Shown here piece after piece: positions 42,321 to 56,698 of a DNA stretch of 64,000 bases; position 1 is the stretch's first letter, and each line of letters starts with the position of its first letter. This stretch comes from Candidatus Latescibacterota bacterium (GTDB lineage: Bacteria; Latescibacterota; UBA2968; UBA8231): the NCBI GenBank assembly GCA_964291625.2, contig OZ220090.1, positions 384,001 through 448,000 on the forward strand, in the 5' to 3' direction. The notes beneath the pieces are model-generated. The model saw nothing but the letters and a program-made list of their open reading frames with translations, ran no database searches and was not told the origin of the DNA. Both the position numbers and the translations under genes were made by a program.

Positions 42321-43433
42321 TCAGTCCCGCTTGTAGGCCGCCATCTGCTCCATGTACTCCTCCCGCCCCTGGGCCCCTTTCTTGCTGTACATGCGGCCCG
42401 GGTGGGGCAGGATCTTCATGCTTCGGTCCTCGAGGGGCAGAGCGACCGGCGCGTGCCCCCGCCGGTGCGACTCGCGCAGGGCGATGCCGATCTCCAGGCC
42501 CTTGCGCATGTTGTCGCCGCTGGTCCTCGGCTCGCGGCCGGTCTCGAGGGCCTCGACGATGGCGCGCACGCTCGATGTCAGGCGGAAGCCGACCTCGCGC
42601 CAGCCTTCGTCGTCGTACCCGAGGTCCCAGGTGCCGGCTCTCTCGAACAGACCCTCCCGCTCGTGCAGCACCCTGTCGTCTCCGTCGTCGACGGCATCGT
42701 GATAGGAGAACTGCAGCCAGTCGCTGAGGAAGACGCCGTTCTCGGTGAGCACCTCGATCCCCCGCCGGCCCACGGGGTCCATGTGGACGTGGGCGAGGAT
42801 GCCGTTGGCGAAGCGGATGACGCCGCCCATGCCCTGGTCCCCCTCGTCCCAGGGGTCGCCGCGGACCCAGCCCGTGACCCACTCGACGCCGGCGTCGCCG
42901 GCCATGAGGCGCGTCACGCCGAGGCTCTGGCAGCCGCCGCCGAGGATCTCGTTGTGGGAGTGATAGACGTTGATGGCGCGGACCTCGCCGACCTCGCCCG
43001 AGTCGACCATCTCCCGGAACCGCCAGAACTGGGGCAGGTTGCGCCAGGCGTCGCCGCAGGCGAAGGGGATCCCCCGGGCCCGGCAGGTCTCGACCATGCG
43101 GTCGGCGTCGGCCAGGCTGGAGGCGATCGGCTTCTCCGAGAAGATCGCTCCCACGCCGGCCTCGGCGCAGTCGATCACGGCCTGGGGGTTGACGCTGACG
43201 GGCAGCACCGGCGCGGCGATGTCGAGACGCTCCTTCGCCAGCATCTCGTGATAGTCGCTGTAGACGTTGACCCCGAAGCGGCGTTGGAAGAGCTCCAGGT
43301 TCTCGGGGTCGGTGTCGGCGGCGGCCACCAGCTCGGTCTTCGGGTTGACCACGTAGGCCCGGGCGTGGTTGGAGCCCATGCGGCCGACCCCGATGATGCC
43401 GACGCGGTAGGGGGGTGTTCTCGATGCGCTCAT
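42321..43433 (-). CDS. Gfo/Idh/MocA oxidoreductase
   Basis: VGIIGVGRMG, EKPIA motif. Confidence 0.9.
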   Translation of the reverse strand: MSASRTPPYRVGIIGVGRMGSNHARAYVVNPKTELVAAADTDPENLELFQRRFGVNVYSDYHEMLAKERLDIAAPVLPVSVNPQAVIDCAEAGVGAIFSEKPIASSLADADRMVETCRARGIPFACGDAWRNLPQFWRFREMVDSGEVGEVRAINVYHSHNEILGGGCQSLGVTRLMAGDAGVEWVTGWVRGDPWDEGDQGMGGVIRFANGILAHVHMDPVGRRGIEVLTENGVFLSDWLQFSYHDAVDDGDDRVLHEREGLFERAGTWDLGYDDEGWREVGFRLTSSVRAIVEALETGREPRTSGDNMRKGLEIGIALRESHRRGHAPVALPLEDRSMKILPHPGRMYSKKGAQGREEYMEQMAAYKRD

Positions 43434-43506
43434 CTCTGGTCCCTTCGGTTTGTGGGTGGCCCTATGTTATGGTGCCGGCAGCGGGGAGGTCCATGCGGGA
43501 GGCCCC

Positions 43507-45000
43507 ATGGGAACCGTGATCGACGTTGGATGCGACAAGCAGCTGTTCATCGATCACCGTTTCATCGCCGAGGGCCGGGACGTGGAGCTGCGCGTGAACC
43601 CGCCGGTCAAGAGGCCGGGGCCGATCCTGGAGAGCGACCGCCCCTGGGACGCCTTCAACCTGATCTACTTCAGCCTCGCCGAGGACGGGGGCCGCTTCCG
43701 GATGTGGTATCAGGCCTACGACAACGACCAGTGGAACGGCGGCGGGCCCCGCCTGTGCTACGCCGAGTCGGTCGACGGCCTCTCCTGGGAGAAGCCCCAC
43801 CTCGGCCTGGTGGAGTACAAGGGGTCCCGGGAGAACAACATCCTCCTGGAGTACAGCAAGCTGGCCTTCGTCTTCGTCGATCCCCACGGGGCTCCCGGAC
43901 AGCGCTTCAAGATGTTGACCACCGGCATGGACGGCATCCAGCCGCTCACCGGCGCCCGGGTCGGGACCTCCGCCGACGGCCTGCGGTGGTCCGTGGCGGG
44001 GGAGAACTCCTCGAACATCCGCGGGGACACGCAGAAGGTCGCCTTCTGGGACGGCCGCATCGGCCGTTACGTCGTCTACATGAAGCTGCAGATCCAGGAC
44101 GGGGAGCCGGCGTACCCGATGGTGCGGCCGATCCCCAGCAACCCCCCCGTGGTCGCCCCCCGGACCGTGCGCCCGGGGCGGGCCATCGGCCGGCTGGAGA
44201 TGGACGAGATCATGGACCCCTGGCCGGACGAGGAGGTCCAGGCGGTGCTCGTGGCCGACGAGCTCGATCCGCCGGGCAGCGACATCTACCACCACCTGGT
44301 CTACCGCTATCCCTACGCCGCCGACGCCTACTTCATGTTCCCCTTCACCTACCAGCACTTCCGCGACGACGAGACCGACGTCGGCAACGACGGCGTCAAC
44401 GACACCCAGTTCTGCGCCAGCCGCGACGGCGTCCACTGGATGCGCTACGACCGCCGGCCCTACATCTCCCGCGGCCTGCCGGGGGAACCGGACTGCGGCC
44501 TCGCCCACGCCACCCCCTACGTGATCCGCCGCGGGGACCTCCTCTACCACTACTACACCGGCTGGCCCTGGACCCACGGCGGCTTCCGGCGGCTCTCCGG
44601 GGCCGAGCGCCGGGACCGCGTCAACTGGGGCCGGGGGTTCTACGGCGTCACCGTGCAGCGCCTCGACGGCTTCGTCTCGGTGGACGCTCCCTATGGGGGC
44701 GGGTCGATCCTCACGCCTCTCCTGCGCTTCGACGGCGCGGCGCTCCAGCTCAACGTCGACGTCGCCGCCATGGGCGAGCTGCGGGTCGAGCTCCAGGACG
44801 AGAGCGGGACCCCCATCGAGGGATACGGCCTCGACGACTGCGACCGGGTGCTCTTCAACGACGTGGCCTGGACCGTCACCTGGCGGGGGAGCGGCGACCT
44901 GACATCCCTGCGTGGGCGCCCGGTGCGGCTGCGCATCGTCATGCGCTCGGCCCGGCTCTTCGCCTTCCAGTTCCGGGACCCAGCGGACGGCCCGGGCTGA
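43507..45000 (+). CDS. Hypothetical GH32/GH43-like beta-propeller protein
   Basis: DKQLFID, YAESVDGLSWEKPHLGL, SRDG, RLDGFVSV; paralog of 34430-35788. Confidence 0.7.
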   Translation: MGTVIDVGCDKQLFIDHRFIAEGRDVELRVNPPVKRPGPILESDRPWDAFNLIYFSLAEDGGRFRMWYQAYDNDQWNGGGPRLCYAESVDGLSWEKPHLGLVEYKGSRENNILLEYSKLAFVFVDPHGAPGQRFKMLTTGMDGIQPLTGARVGTSADGLRWSVAGENSSNIRGDTQKVAFWDGRIGRYVVYMKLQIQDGEPAYPMVRPIPSNPPVVAPRTVRPGRAIGRLEMDEIMDPWPDEEVQAVLVADELDPPGSDIYHHLVYRYPYAADAYFMFPFTYQHFRDDETDVGNDGVNDTQFCASRDGVHWMRYDRRPYISRGLPGEPDCGLAHATPYVIRRGDLLYHYYTGWPWTHGGFRRLSGAERRDRVNWGRGFYGVTVQRLDGFVSVDAPYGGGSILTPLLRFDGAALQLNVDVAAMGELRVELQDESGTPIEGYGLDDCDRVLFNDVAWTVTWRGSGDLTSLRGRPVRLRIVMRSARLFAFQFRDPADGPG

Positions 45001-45052
45001 GGACGCCGGTCCCGGTTGCCCCCGGGGCAGCCAGCGGCTTTTCTATCGCCCC

Positions 45053-46447
45053 GTGAGCGAGAGCATCGAAGAAGCCGTCGCCGCCGAGATCGAGGCGCGC
45101 TCGGAGGCCTGGGAGAACCTGCTCGTCCTGGCCGACGACATCGGCGTGCGCGTCGCCGGCAGCGAGGGCGAGGTCCGGGCCCGCGACTTCCTGCTGCGGA
45201 CCTTTCAGGGCTACGGACTCGACGACGTCCACCTTGAGCCCTTCCAGCACCGGGCCTGGCGGCCGGAGCGCGAGGAGCTGGCCGTCGTCGCCCCGGAGGC
45301 GGGCCGCCCGATCCCCTGCCGGTGCGGGGGCCTCTCGCCGTCGACGCCGGAAGCCGGGGTCGAAGGGGAGGTCGTCTTCCTCGAGCGCTGCGACGCCGAG
45401 GAGCTGGAGCAGCGCGCCGCCGAGGTGCGGGGGCGCATCGTCGTGGCGCCGTACTACCCCTTCGCCCGCCAGCTCAAGACCCCCCTGGCGGCCCGCTTCG
45501 GGGCCGCCGCCCTCCTGGAGCACCGCAACTACGCGGGCGCCCTGCAGCCGGCGCGCACCTGCTGCTTCCAGCGGGTCGGCGACCTGCCGGTGGCCTCCAT
45601 CAGCCTCGAGGACGCGGAGTATCTCAAGCGGCTGCAGCAGCGGCGGGGGCCGGTGCGGCTCCGCCTCACCCTGGACAGCCGCATCGAGACCCGCGAGTCG
45701 TGGAATGTCGTCGGCCAGCTCACCGGGACCGCCGTTCCACACGAGATCCTGGTCGCCGGGGGCCACTACGACACCTGGCACGTCGGCCCCGGCGCCATCG
45801 ACAACGCCGCCGGGGTGGTCGCCGTGGTCGAGGCGGCGCGCGCCCTCGCCCGCCACCGGCAACACCTGCGGCGCACGGTGCGGTTCGTCGCCTTCGGCGT
45901 CGAGGAGTCCGGACTGGTGGGAGCCTGGGCCTACACGCGCCGCCACGCCGCCGAGCTTGACGACACCTGGCTGATGATCAACAACGACGTCGGCGGGCGG
46001 CCCTCGGGCCTGGGCATCTCCGGCGCCGAGGAACTCGTGCCGGTCCTCGAGACGGTAGCCTCCCGCGTCCGGGTGGAAGGGCTGGAGAGGCCCTTCGGCG
46101 TCTCCTGCGGGGTCCCGAGCTGGGGCTCCGACCACTTCCCGTTCTTCGCCCACGGCGTGCCCACCGTGGGCGTGGGGACCGAGTCGGTCACGCCGGAGGA
46201 CCGCTTCTACGGCCACAGCCCGGCCGACACGGCGGACAAGGTCTACCCCCGGGGGCTGAGCGAGAGCGCCGCCGTCAACGCCCGGGTCCTGCTGCACGTG
46301 GCCAACCTGGAGGAGCGGCCGGCGCCGCGGCGCACGCTTGCGGAGCTGGAGGCGTCCTTCGCCGGCCATCCGCTGGAGGAGGCGATGGAGCTCCTCGACG
46401 TGTGGCCGCCGGAGCGCGCTCTCGAGAGGTACTTCGACCCGGCATGA
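45053..46447 (+). CDS. M28-family metallopeptidase with PA domain
   Basis: GHYD, GAIDNAAG, EESGLVG, NND, SDHFPF, HSPADTADK. Confidence 0.88.
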   Translation: MSESIEEAVAAEIEARSEAWENLLVLADDIGVRVAGSEGEVRARDFLLRTFQGYGLDDVHLEPFQHRAWRPEREELAVVAPEAGRPIPCRCGGLSPSTPEAGVEGEVVFLERCDAEELEQRAAEVRGRIVVAPYYPFARQLKTPLAARFGAAALLEHRNYAGALQPARTCCFQRVGDLPVASISLEDAEYLKRLQQRRGPVRLRLTLDSRIETRESWNVVGQLTGTAVPHEILVAGGHYDTWHVGPGAIDNAAGVVAVVEAARALARHRQHLRRTVRFVAFGVEESGLVGAWAYTRRHAAELDDTWLMINNDVGGRPSGLGISGAEELVPVLETVASRVRVEGLERPFGVSCGVPSWGSDHFPFFAHGVPTVGVGTESVTPEDRFYGHSPADTADKVYPRGLSESAAVNARVLLHVANLEERPAPRRTLAELEASFAGHPLEEAMELLDVWPPERALERYFDPA

Positions 46448-48294
46448 GACCGGCTCTCACCTCTCCGCGGGGCGCCCGGTACGACCTGCAGGGCGCGGCC
46501 GGCCACTACCTGAAGGCCGTCACCGACCAGTGGCTGCTTCCGGCGCCGGCGGCGAATCCCGCCATGCTCGAGATCTTCCGGGACCGGGACCGCACGCCGC
46601 CGCGGGACCTCGTGCCTTGGGCAGGGGAGTTCGCCGGCAAGTACCTGACCCACGCCGTGCAGATCCTGCGCCTCACCGGCGACCGGGGGCTGCGCCGGCA
46701 CCTGCGCGCCTTCGTCGCCGACCTGGTGGCCCTGCAGGCGGAGGACGGCTACCTGGGCCCCTGGCCCCGGGACCACCGGCTCACGGGCACGGCGCCCAAC
46801 GCCATGGGCGGCCGGGGGACCTGGGACGCCTGGGGCCACTACCACGTGATGCTCGGCCTGCTGCTGTGGCACGAGGAGACGGGGGACCGCGCCGCACTGG
46901 GCTGCGCCGCCCGCATGGGAGACCTGCTGTGCGGCCGCTTCCTCGGGGTGAAGCGCAGGGGCCGCCGCCTCGTCGACACGGGCAGCACCGAGATGAACCT
47001 GGCCCCCGTGCACTCCCTGACCCTGCTCCACCGGAGGACGCGGGAGCCCCGCTACCTCGACCTGGCGCGCCAGATCGTCGACGAGTTCGCCGCCGCCGGC
47101 CGCGACGGCGCCCCCCTGGCGGGGGACTACGTCAACACGGCTTTGGCGGGCCAGCCCTTCTTCGAGACCCCCAAGCCCCGGTGGGAATCCCTGCACCCGG
47201 TCATGGGCATGCTCGACGTCGGCCTGATCACGGGCGACGAGGAGTTGCTCCGGGCCTTCGAGCACATCTGGTGGAGCATCGCCGAGCTCGACCGCCACAA
47301 CAACGGCGGCTTCAGCTCCGGCGAGAAGGCCCAGGGAAACCCCTACCACCCGGGCGCCATCGAGACCTGCTGCACCATTGCCTGGATGGCGGCCAGCGTC
47401 GAGATGCTGCGGCTCACGGGAGACCCGCTGGTGGCCGACGAGCTTGAGCTGTCCACCCTCAACTCCGGCCTCGGCCTGCACTCCCACTCGGGCCGCTGGG
47501 TGACCTACGACACCCCCATGGACGGGGTCCGCAAGGCGAGCGCCCACGACATCGTCTTCCAGGCGCGCGAGGGCAGCCCCGAGCTCAACTGCTGCTCGGT
47601 GAACGGCCCCCGGGCCCTTGGCATGATCTCCGACTGGGCGGTCATGACGGACGAGGACGAATCCCTCGCCCTCAACTGGTACGGCCCGGGGCGGATCCAG
47701 GCCGAGGTCGCGGGCACCCCCGTGACCCTGAAGAGCGCCACCGACTACCCGGTGGAGCCGGCGGTGCAGCTGTCGGTCGCGCCCCGGCGGGCCTCCGAGT
47801 TCACCCTGCGGCTGCGCATCCCGCGCTGGTCGGAGCGCACCCGGGCCCGCGTCAACGGCGAGCCCGTGAGGGGGGTGCGCGCCGGGAGCTGGCTGGATCT
47901 CCGGCGCCGCTGGAAGCGCGGCGACCGCGTCGACCTGCGCTTCGACTTCCGGCCTCACCGCTGGGTGGGGGAGCGGGAGTGCCGCGGCCTCACGTCCCTC
48001 TACCGCGGCCCCCTGCTCCTGGCCTGGGACCGCCGCTTCAGCGACTGCGACGAGGGCGACCTGCCGGCCCTCGACGCCAGGGAGCTGCGCCTGCAGCGCG
48101 TGGAGTGGACGGGACCCGTCCCGGCGCCGGAGCTGCTGGTGCGCTGCCGCGGGGCCGGGGGGCGCGACCTGACCCTCTGCGACTTCGCCAGCGCCGGCGA
48201 GGGGGGATCGCCCTACCGGAGCTGGCTGAAGGTGCGCCACGCCGGCCGCCCCCGGAGGTTCACCCGCGACAACCCGCTGCGCTCCTTCCGCTGA
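46444..48294 (+). CDS. Glycoside hydrolase family 127 (beta-L-arabinofuranosidase-like)
   Basis: QAEDGYLG, ETCCTIAW and LNCC Zn/catalytic Cys motifs, TDYP, LRIPRW, RGPLLL. Confidence 0.85.
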   Translation: MRPALTSPRGARYDLQGAAGHYLKAVTDQWLLPAPAANPAMLEIFRDRDRTPPRDLVPWAGEFAGKYLTHAVQILRLTGDRGLRRHLRAFVADLVALQAEDGYLGPWPRDHRLTGTAPNAMGGRGTWDAWGHYHVMLGLLLWHEETGDRAALGCAARMGDLLCGRFLGVKRRGRRLVDTGSTEMNLAPVHSLTLLHRRTREPRYLDLARQIVDEFAAAGRDGAPLAGDYVNTALAGQPFFETPKPRWESLHPVMGMLDVGLITGDEELLRAFEHIWWSIAELDRHNNGGFSSGEKAQGNPYHPGAIETCCTIAWMAASVEMLRLTGDPLVADELELSTLNSGLGLHSHSGRWVTYDTPMDGVRKASAHDIVFQAREGSPELNCCSVNGPRALGMISDWAVMTDEDESLALNWYGPGRIQAEVAGTPVTLKSATDYPVEPAVQLSVAPRRASEFTLRLRIPRWSERTRARVNGEPVRGVRAGSWLDLRRRWKRGDRVDLRFDFRPHRWVGERECRGLTSLYRGPLLLAWDRRFSDCDEGDLPALDARELRLQRVEWTGPVPAPELLVRCRGAGGRDLTLCDFASAGEGGSPYRSWLKVRHAGRPRRFTRDNPLRSFR

Positions 48295-48648
48295 GCCGCC
48301 GGCTCGCGCCCCCCCGGTCGTCACCGAGGTGTTCCTGCCCGAGACTACCCTTGCCGAGATGGCCTGCCACCGGCAGCAACGAGCGGCACGGCCCGCAGCT
48401 GCCGACCCAGGTGACGCGGCGACCTCCACTCAGGTATCGGTGCAGGCGGCGCGGCAGCTCTTGTCCGCGAGTCCTGGTGGCGCCCTGCTTGGCCGTGGGG
48501 CACTCCCCGGCATCCGACCCCGTCCGCATGGCCCCCGGCCACGCCGACGAGTCCGAGAATGTGCCTGCCGGCCGAACCGGCCGTTTCACGGCGCATCCAC
48601 ACCATCCGGCTGCGCCGGGCGGCGCGAGTTGCTCGTACCCTTCCGGAG

Positions 48649-49092
48649 CTAGGGAACGGGTGCAGTTGCGCGAGCCCCGGCGTATACATACAGCATCCAG
48701 TAAATGGCGACGCCCGAGAGCCCGACGAACATCCAGATCGGCCACAGCCAGCGCGTGACCCGGCGGTGGCGGGCGTAGCGTCCCTTCCAGGCATGGAGAA
48801 GCGCGGCGAAGACGAGGGGAACCATGCCCGCGGCGAGGATGACGTGGGGGACGAGGATGGCGAAGTAGAGGGGCCGGGTCCAGTCGCGGAGGGGGTAGGG
48901 GACGGAGCCGACGCGCAGGTGATAGACGGAGTACGAGGCCAGGAACAGGGCCGACATGGCCACGGCCCCGAGCATGCACAGGCGATGCGGACCCTGGCGT
49001 CCGGAGCGGATGAAGAGGAAGCCCGCCGTGAGCAAGAGGGTGGCGGCGCCGTTGAGGGCGGCGTTCAGAGTTGGGAGATCGGTGACTGACAC
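48649..49092 (-). CDS. DUF420 family membrane protein
   Basis: LPTLNAALN, HRLCM, FLASYSVYH, YFAILVPH..LA, HRRVTRWLWPIW. Confidence 0.85.
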   Translation of the reverse strand: MSVTDLPTLNAALNGAATLLLTAGFLFIRSGRQGPHRLCMLGAVAMSALFLASYSVYHLRVGSVPYPLRDWTRPLYFAILVPHVILAAGMVPLVFAALLHAWKGRYARHRRVTRWLWPIWMFVGLSGVAIYWMLYVYAGARATAPVP

Positions 49093-49121
49093 GTCTGCCG
49101 CGGAGGACAGCTCCGCCCCCG

Positions 49122-49154
49122 GTGGGAGGCCTCCGTTCCGGGGAGGCCTCCCAC
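49122..49154. terminator. 13-bp perfect hairpin directly 3' of tRNA-Thr (terminator or processing stem)
   Basis: GTGGGAGGCCTCC-7nt-GGAGGCCTCCCAC; no clear U-tract. Confidence 0.5.
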
Positions 49155-49158
49155 GCTA

Positions 49159-49234
49159 TGGAGCCACCCGCCGGAGTCGAACCGGCGACCTACTCATTAC
49201 GAGTGAGTTGCTCTACCAACTGAGCTAGGGTGGC
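49159..49234 (-). tRNA. tRNA-Thr(CGT)
   Basis: Reverse complement GCCACCCTAGCTCAGTTGGTAGAGCAACTCACT-CGT-AATGAGTAGGTCGCCGGTTCGACTCCGGCGGGTGGCTCCA; 76 nt, encoded CCA. Confidence 0.97.
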
Positions 49235-49345
49235 CAAGATGTTGCGGCGCAACCGGATGGGAGAAATCGAAAGCTCTCCTGCGGAACTGCGCCGGCACCG
49301 GTGAAATCTACGGGGCGACGCGGAATCCGGTCAACGGCCCCCGGC

Positions 49346-50557
49346 TCAGAGGAAGCTGAACAGGCGCGCCACCCGGTCGACGAACCGTGATCGGCTGCGG
49401 CCTCCGCCCGATGGTCTCAGGTCGACGCCGGTATCGCAGGCGAAACGGAGCAGACCGATGCTGGTGGCGTACTCGGGGGTCTGCACGGACTCGGGAGCGA
49501 TGATCTCGGTGGGAACGCCGATGCGCACCGGCATGCCCAGGGCCTCCTCGCCGAACCGGTCGATGTTCCGCAGCAGGGCGCCGCCGCCGGTGAAGACCAT
49601 GCCGGTGGTCAGCAGGTGACCGCAGCCGCTGCTCTCGATTTCCTGGGCGACGAACTCCAGCATCTCCTGCTGCCGCGCCTCGATGATGCCGTCGAGATCC
49701 TCCCGCTTGATCGTGTGAGATCGCCCCGCGGTGGTCTGGAAGGTAAGGGGCTCGCCCGCCTCCTCGGCATCGGTGCACACGCCGCCGAAGTTGCACTTCA
49801 ACTCTTCCGCCTCCCGTGGCGAGGTGTTGAGCACCATCGACAGGTCTCGGGTGATGTCCTGGCCGCCCAGAGGCACCTCGGTGAGGTGGCGCAGGGAGCC
49901 GCCGGCGTACAGGGCCATGTCGCAGGTGCCGGCGCCGAGGTCCAGGAGGCCGACCCCCATGTCGCGTTCGTCCGTGCTCAGCAGCGAAGCGGCGGTGGCC
50001 ACCGATTCCACCAGGAACCCGGCGATGGCCACGCCCGCTTCCTCCGCGGCGCGCTGCAGCGTGGTGCAGGCCTGGTCGGAGGCCGTTGCGCTCAGAGTCT
50101 CGACCTCGAGCTTGTGTCCGTGGAGCCAGAGGGGGTTCTGCACCGGCTCGCCGTCGACGGCGTAGCTCTGCACGAAGCGGTGCAGGATCGCGGCCTCCGA
50201 CGGCGGCGCCGTGGCCTCGGCGGCGGCCAGGGCGCGCTCCACATCCTCGTCGTCGATCGGGTCGGAGGGGCCGGAGATGGCCACGGCGCTGCGGCTCGCA
50301 TGGGCCTGCACGTCACGGCCGGCGATGCCGGCGTAGGCTCCGGTGATGCGCAGTCCGGCGGCGCGCTCCGCTTCGGCCACGGCTGTCCGCATCGACTCCA
50401 CCAGGAGAGGCATGTCGATGACGGCGCTGCGGCGGATGCCACGGCAGGGGCTGGTGCCGATCCCCAGAACCTTGCAGTCCCCGCTGGACTCGGCCTGGCC
50501 CACGAGGCAGCGGACGCGGGAAGCTCCGATATCGAGTATGACGACGGGTGATGACAT
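49346..50557 (-). CDS. ftsA: Cell division protein FtsA
   Basis: LDIGAS, GIRRSAVID, LDLGAGT, GGQDITRDL, AEELK, IIEAR, VFTGGG, PVRIG, YATSIGL, C-terminal amphipathic helix. Confidence 0.9.
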   Translation of the reverse strand: MSSPVVILDIGASRVRCLVGQAESSGDCKVLGIGTSPCRGIRRSAVIDMPLLVESMRTAVAEAERAAGLRITGAYAGIAGRDVQAHASRSAVAISGPSDPIDDEDVERALAAAEATAPPSEAAILHRFVQSYAVDGEPVQNPLWLHGHKLEVETLSATASDQACTTLQRAAEEAGVAIAGFLVESVATAASLLSTDERDMGVGLLDLGAGTCDMALYAGGSLRHLTEVPLGGQDITRDLSMVLNTSPREAEELKCNFGGVCTDAEEAGEPLTFQTTAGRSHTIKREDLDGIIEARQQEMLEFVAQEIESSGCGHLLTTGMVFTGGGALLRNIDRFGEEALGMPVRIGVPTEIIAPESVQTPEYATSIGLLRFACDTGVDLRPSGGGRSRSRFVDRVARLFSFL

Positions 50558-50777
50558 GGATCGTATGCCTGTCCCCTTTGGTGGTTGGCTGGTTCTGCCG
50601 CCATCGCGACAGGGTCGGGCGAAGGCCCGCCCTTTGGACGGCAGGTGGAGATCGAGGACGGGCCCGGAGGCCGGGGAATGCGGGGAGGGGACTTCTGATG
50701 CCGCTTGGAGAGCCCCCGGGGGAGGAGGCTCCAGACCGTTCCGGGGCACTTCGAGACGGAACGGCAGAGTATTAGTC

Positions 50778-50846
50778 AAGGTAGCTTGGGACCACCCCCG
50801 CAGTCAAGCGAATTCGCTTGACCGGGTATTGGGTCAGGCGTAAGAT
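50778..50846. promoter_or_regulatory. Back-to-back sigma70 promoters for ftsA (-) and ssb (+) around a perfect 20-bp palindrome
   Basis: GTCAAGCGAATTCGCTTGAC at 50803-50822; plus strand TTGACC-17-TAAGAT; minus strand TTGACT-18-TACCTT. Confidence 0.6.
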
Positions 50847-50901
50847 AGTTCGCCCGCCATCGCGGGGTCCCGCGGCCTACCAAATCCCAGAGGAGAACTC
50901 C

Positions 50902-51389
50902 ATGGCACGGGGGGTCAACAAGGTCATCCTGATCGGCAACCTCGGGGGCGATCCCGAGGTCCGTTACACGCCGAACGGCGCTGCTGTCGCCAACGTCAGC
51001 CTGGCCACCAACGAGAGCTGGACCGACCGCAGCGGCGAGCGCCAGGAGCGCACCGAGTGGCACCGTCTCGTTCTCTGGAGCAAACTGGCCGAGATCGCGG
51101 CCAGTACCTGCACAAGGGCAGCAAGATCTTCGTGGAGGGGCGGCTGCAGACCCGTTCCTGGGACGACCAGAGCGGCCAGAAGCGCTACACCACCGAGGTG
51201 GTGGTCAACGACATGCAGATGCTCGACGGCCGCGGCGAGGGCGGCGGCCCCGGAGGTCCTCCTCCGGGTGGTCCCTCCGACGGCGGCGCGACCGGCGGTG
51301 ACTTTCAGCCGACGGGTGAGTCCGGTGGCCCCCAAGGTGGGGCCGGGGGACCGCAGAGTCCGGCCGAAGACGACGACCTGCCCTTCTGA
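50902..51389 (+). CDS. ssb: Single-stranded DNA-binding protein; 1-nt frameshift at ~51100
   Basis: [22 protein letters not shown]...TEWHR, then [19 protein letters not shown], Gly/Pro tail, DDDLPF. Confidence 0.93.
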
Positions 51390-51412
51390 CATCGCAGGCG
51401 GCCGACCCCGCC

Positions 51413-52281
51413 GTGGCGGGCAGTTATCTTCACCTGCACCTGGCGACCGGCGCCTTTCGTTCCGCTTTCGGGGACGATCCTCCTCGCCGTCCAGCACAGC
51501 ACGCCGCCTTTCTGGCCGGCTCTGTCGCCCCCGACCTGGGCTTTTTCCCGGGAGGGCCGTCGGCCTTTTCCCAGCGCGTCCATCACCAGAGCACCGCCGA
51601 TCTCGTTCGCTCGCTGCTGGCCGTCGCCGACGATGAGATCGAGGCCGCCTTTGCCGCCGGATGGGCGTTGCACGTGTGCACCGACGTGACCACCCATCCC
51701 GTCGTCAATCGCCGCGCCGACGACCTGCGCCAGGAACGGAGCGGGCAGCCTCCGAGCCGCCTCGACCTCTGGCACAAGCGCGTCGAATGGGGAATGGACT
51801 GTCATGTACTGGGTGTCCTGGAGCCCCAGCCCCTGTGGCGCGCCGAGCTGCACTATCCGGTCCGAGCCGGGCGCCCGAGCCTGTTGGCGACGGCCGCAAC
51901 CCAGGTCTTCGAAGAGGGGATCGACGACGGCGCCCTTCGCGCGGGCTGGTCCTCCACGGTCCGCTGGCTGCGCCGCCTGGCGCCGATCTTCGTCTGGACG
52001 GGGGCGTGCCGCTCTCCCGGCCGCGGCCGGACCGCGGCCTCCGTCGGCCCGGTGGTGCAACCGCTGGCCAGGAGCGTGGGCCGCCTGCTCCAGAACCACG
52101 AGAGGCGGGAGGACGAGGCCGCGGTGTTGTCGCCCGAACCGCCGCCGGCCGTATTCGTCGACTCCATGATGGGGGCCGCGAGAACGGCGGTGACCACCTT
52201 CCTGCTCCACCTGCGTGACCGTTTCGAGGATCTGCCCAATCTCGATCTGGACACCGGTGAGCCGGTTGCAGGAGGACCGGG

Positions 52282-52285
<4 letters not shown>
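51413..52285 (+). CDS. Zinc-dependent phospholipase C family protein
   Basis: N-terminal [31 protein letters not shown]. Confidence 0.7.
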
Positions 52286-56692
<4,407 letters not shown>

Positions 56693-56698
56693 CGGACG

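Noticed and set aside
48295-48648. 107-aa ORF 48329-48652 or an ncRNA in the GH127/DUF420 gap
   Set aside because: No recognisable motif, RBS or structure; cannot be supported.
49159-49234. tRNA-Thr as an island integration site
   Set aside because: No integrase nearby and no duplicated tRNA 3' end noticed in the window.
51090-51110. Programmed frameshift or true pseudogene in ssb
   Set aside because: No slippery sequence; gene otherwise intact and normally essential; similar indels elsewhere indicate consensus error.
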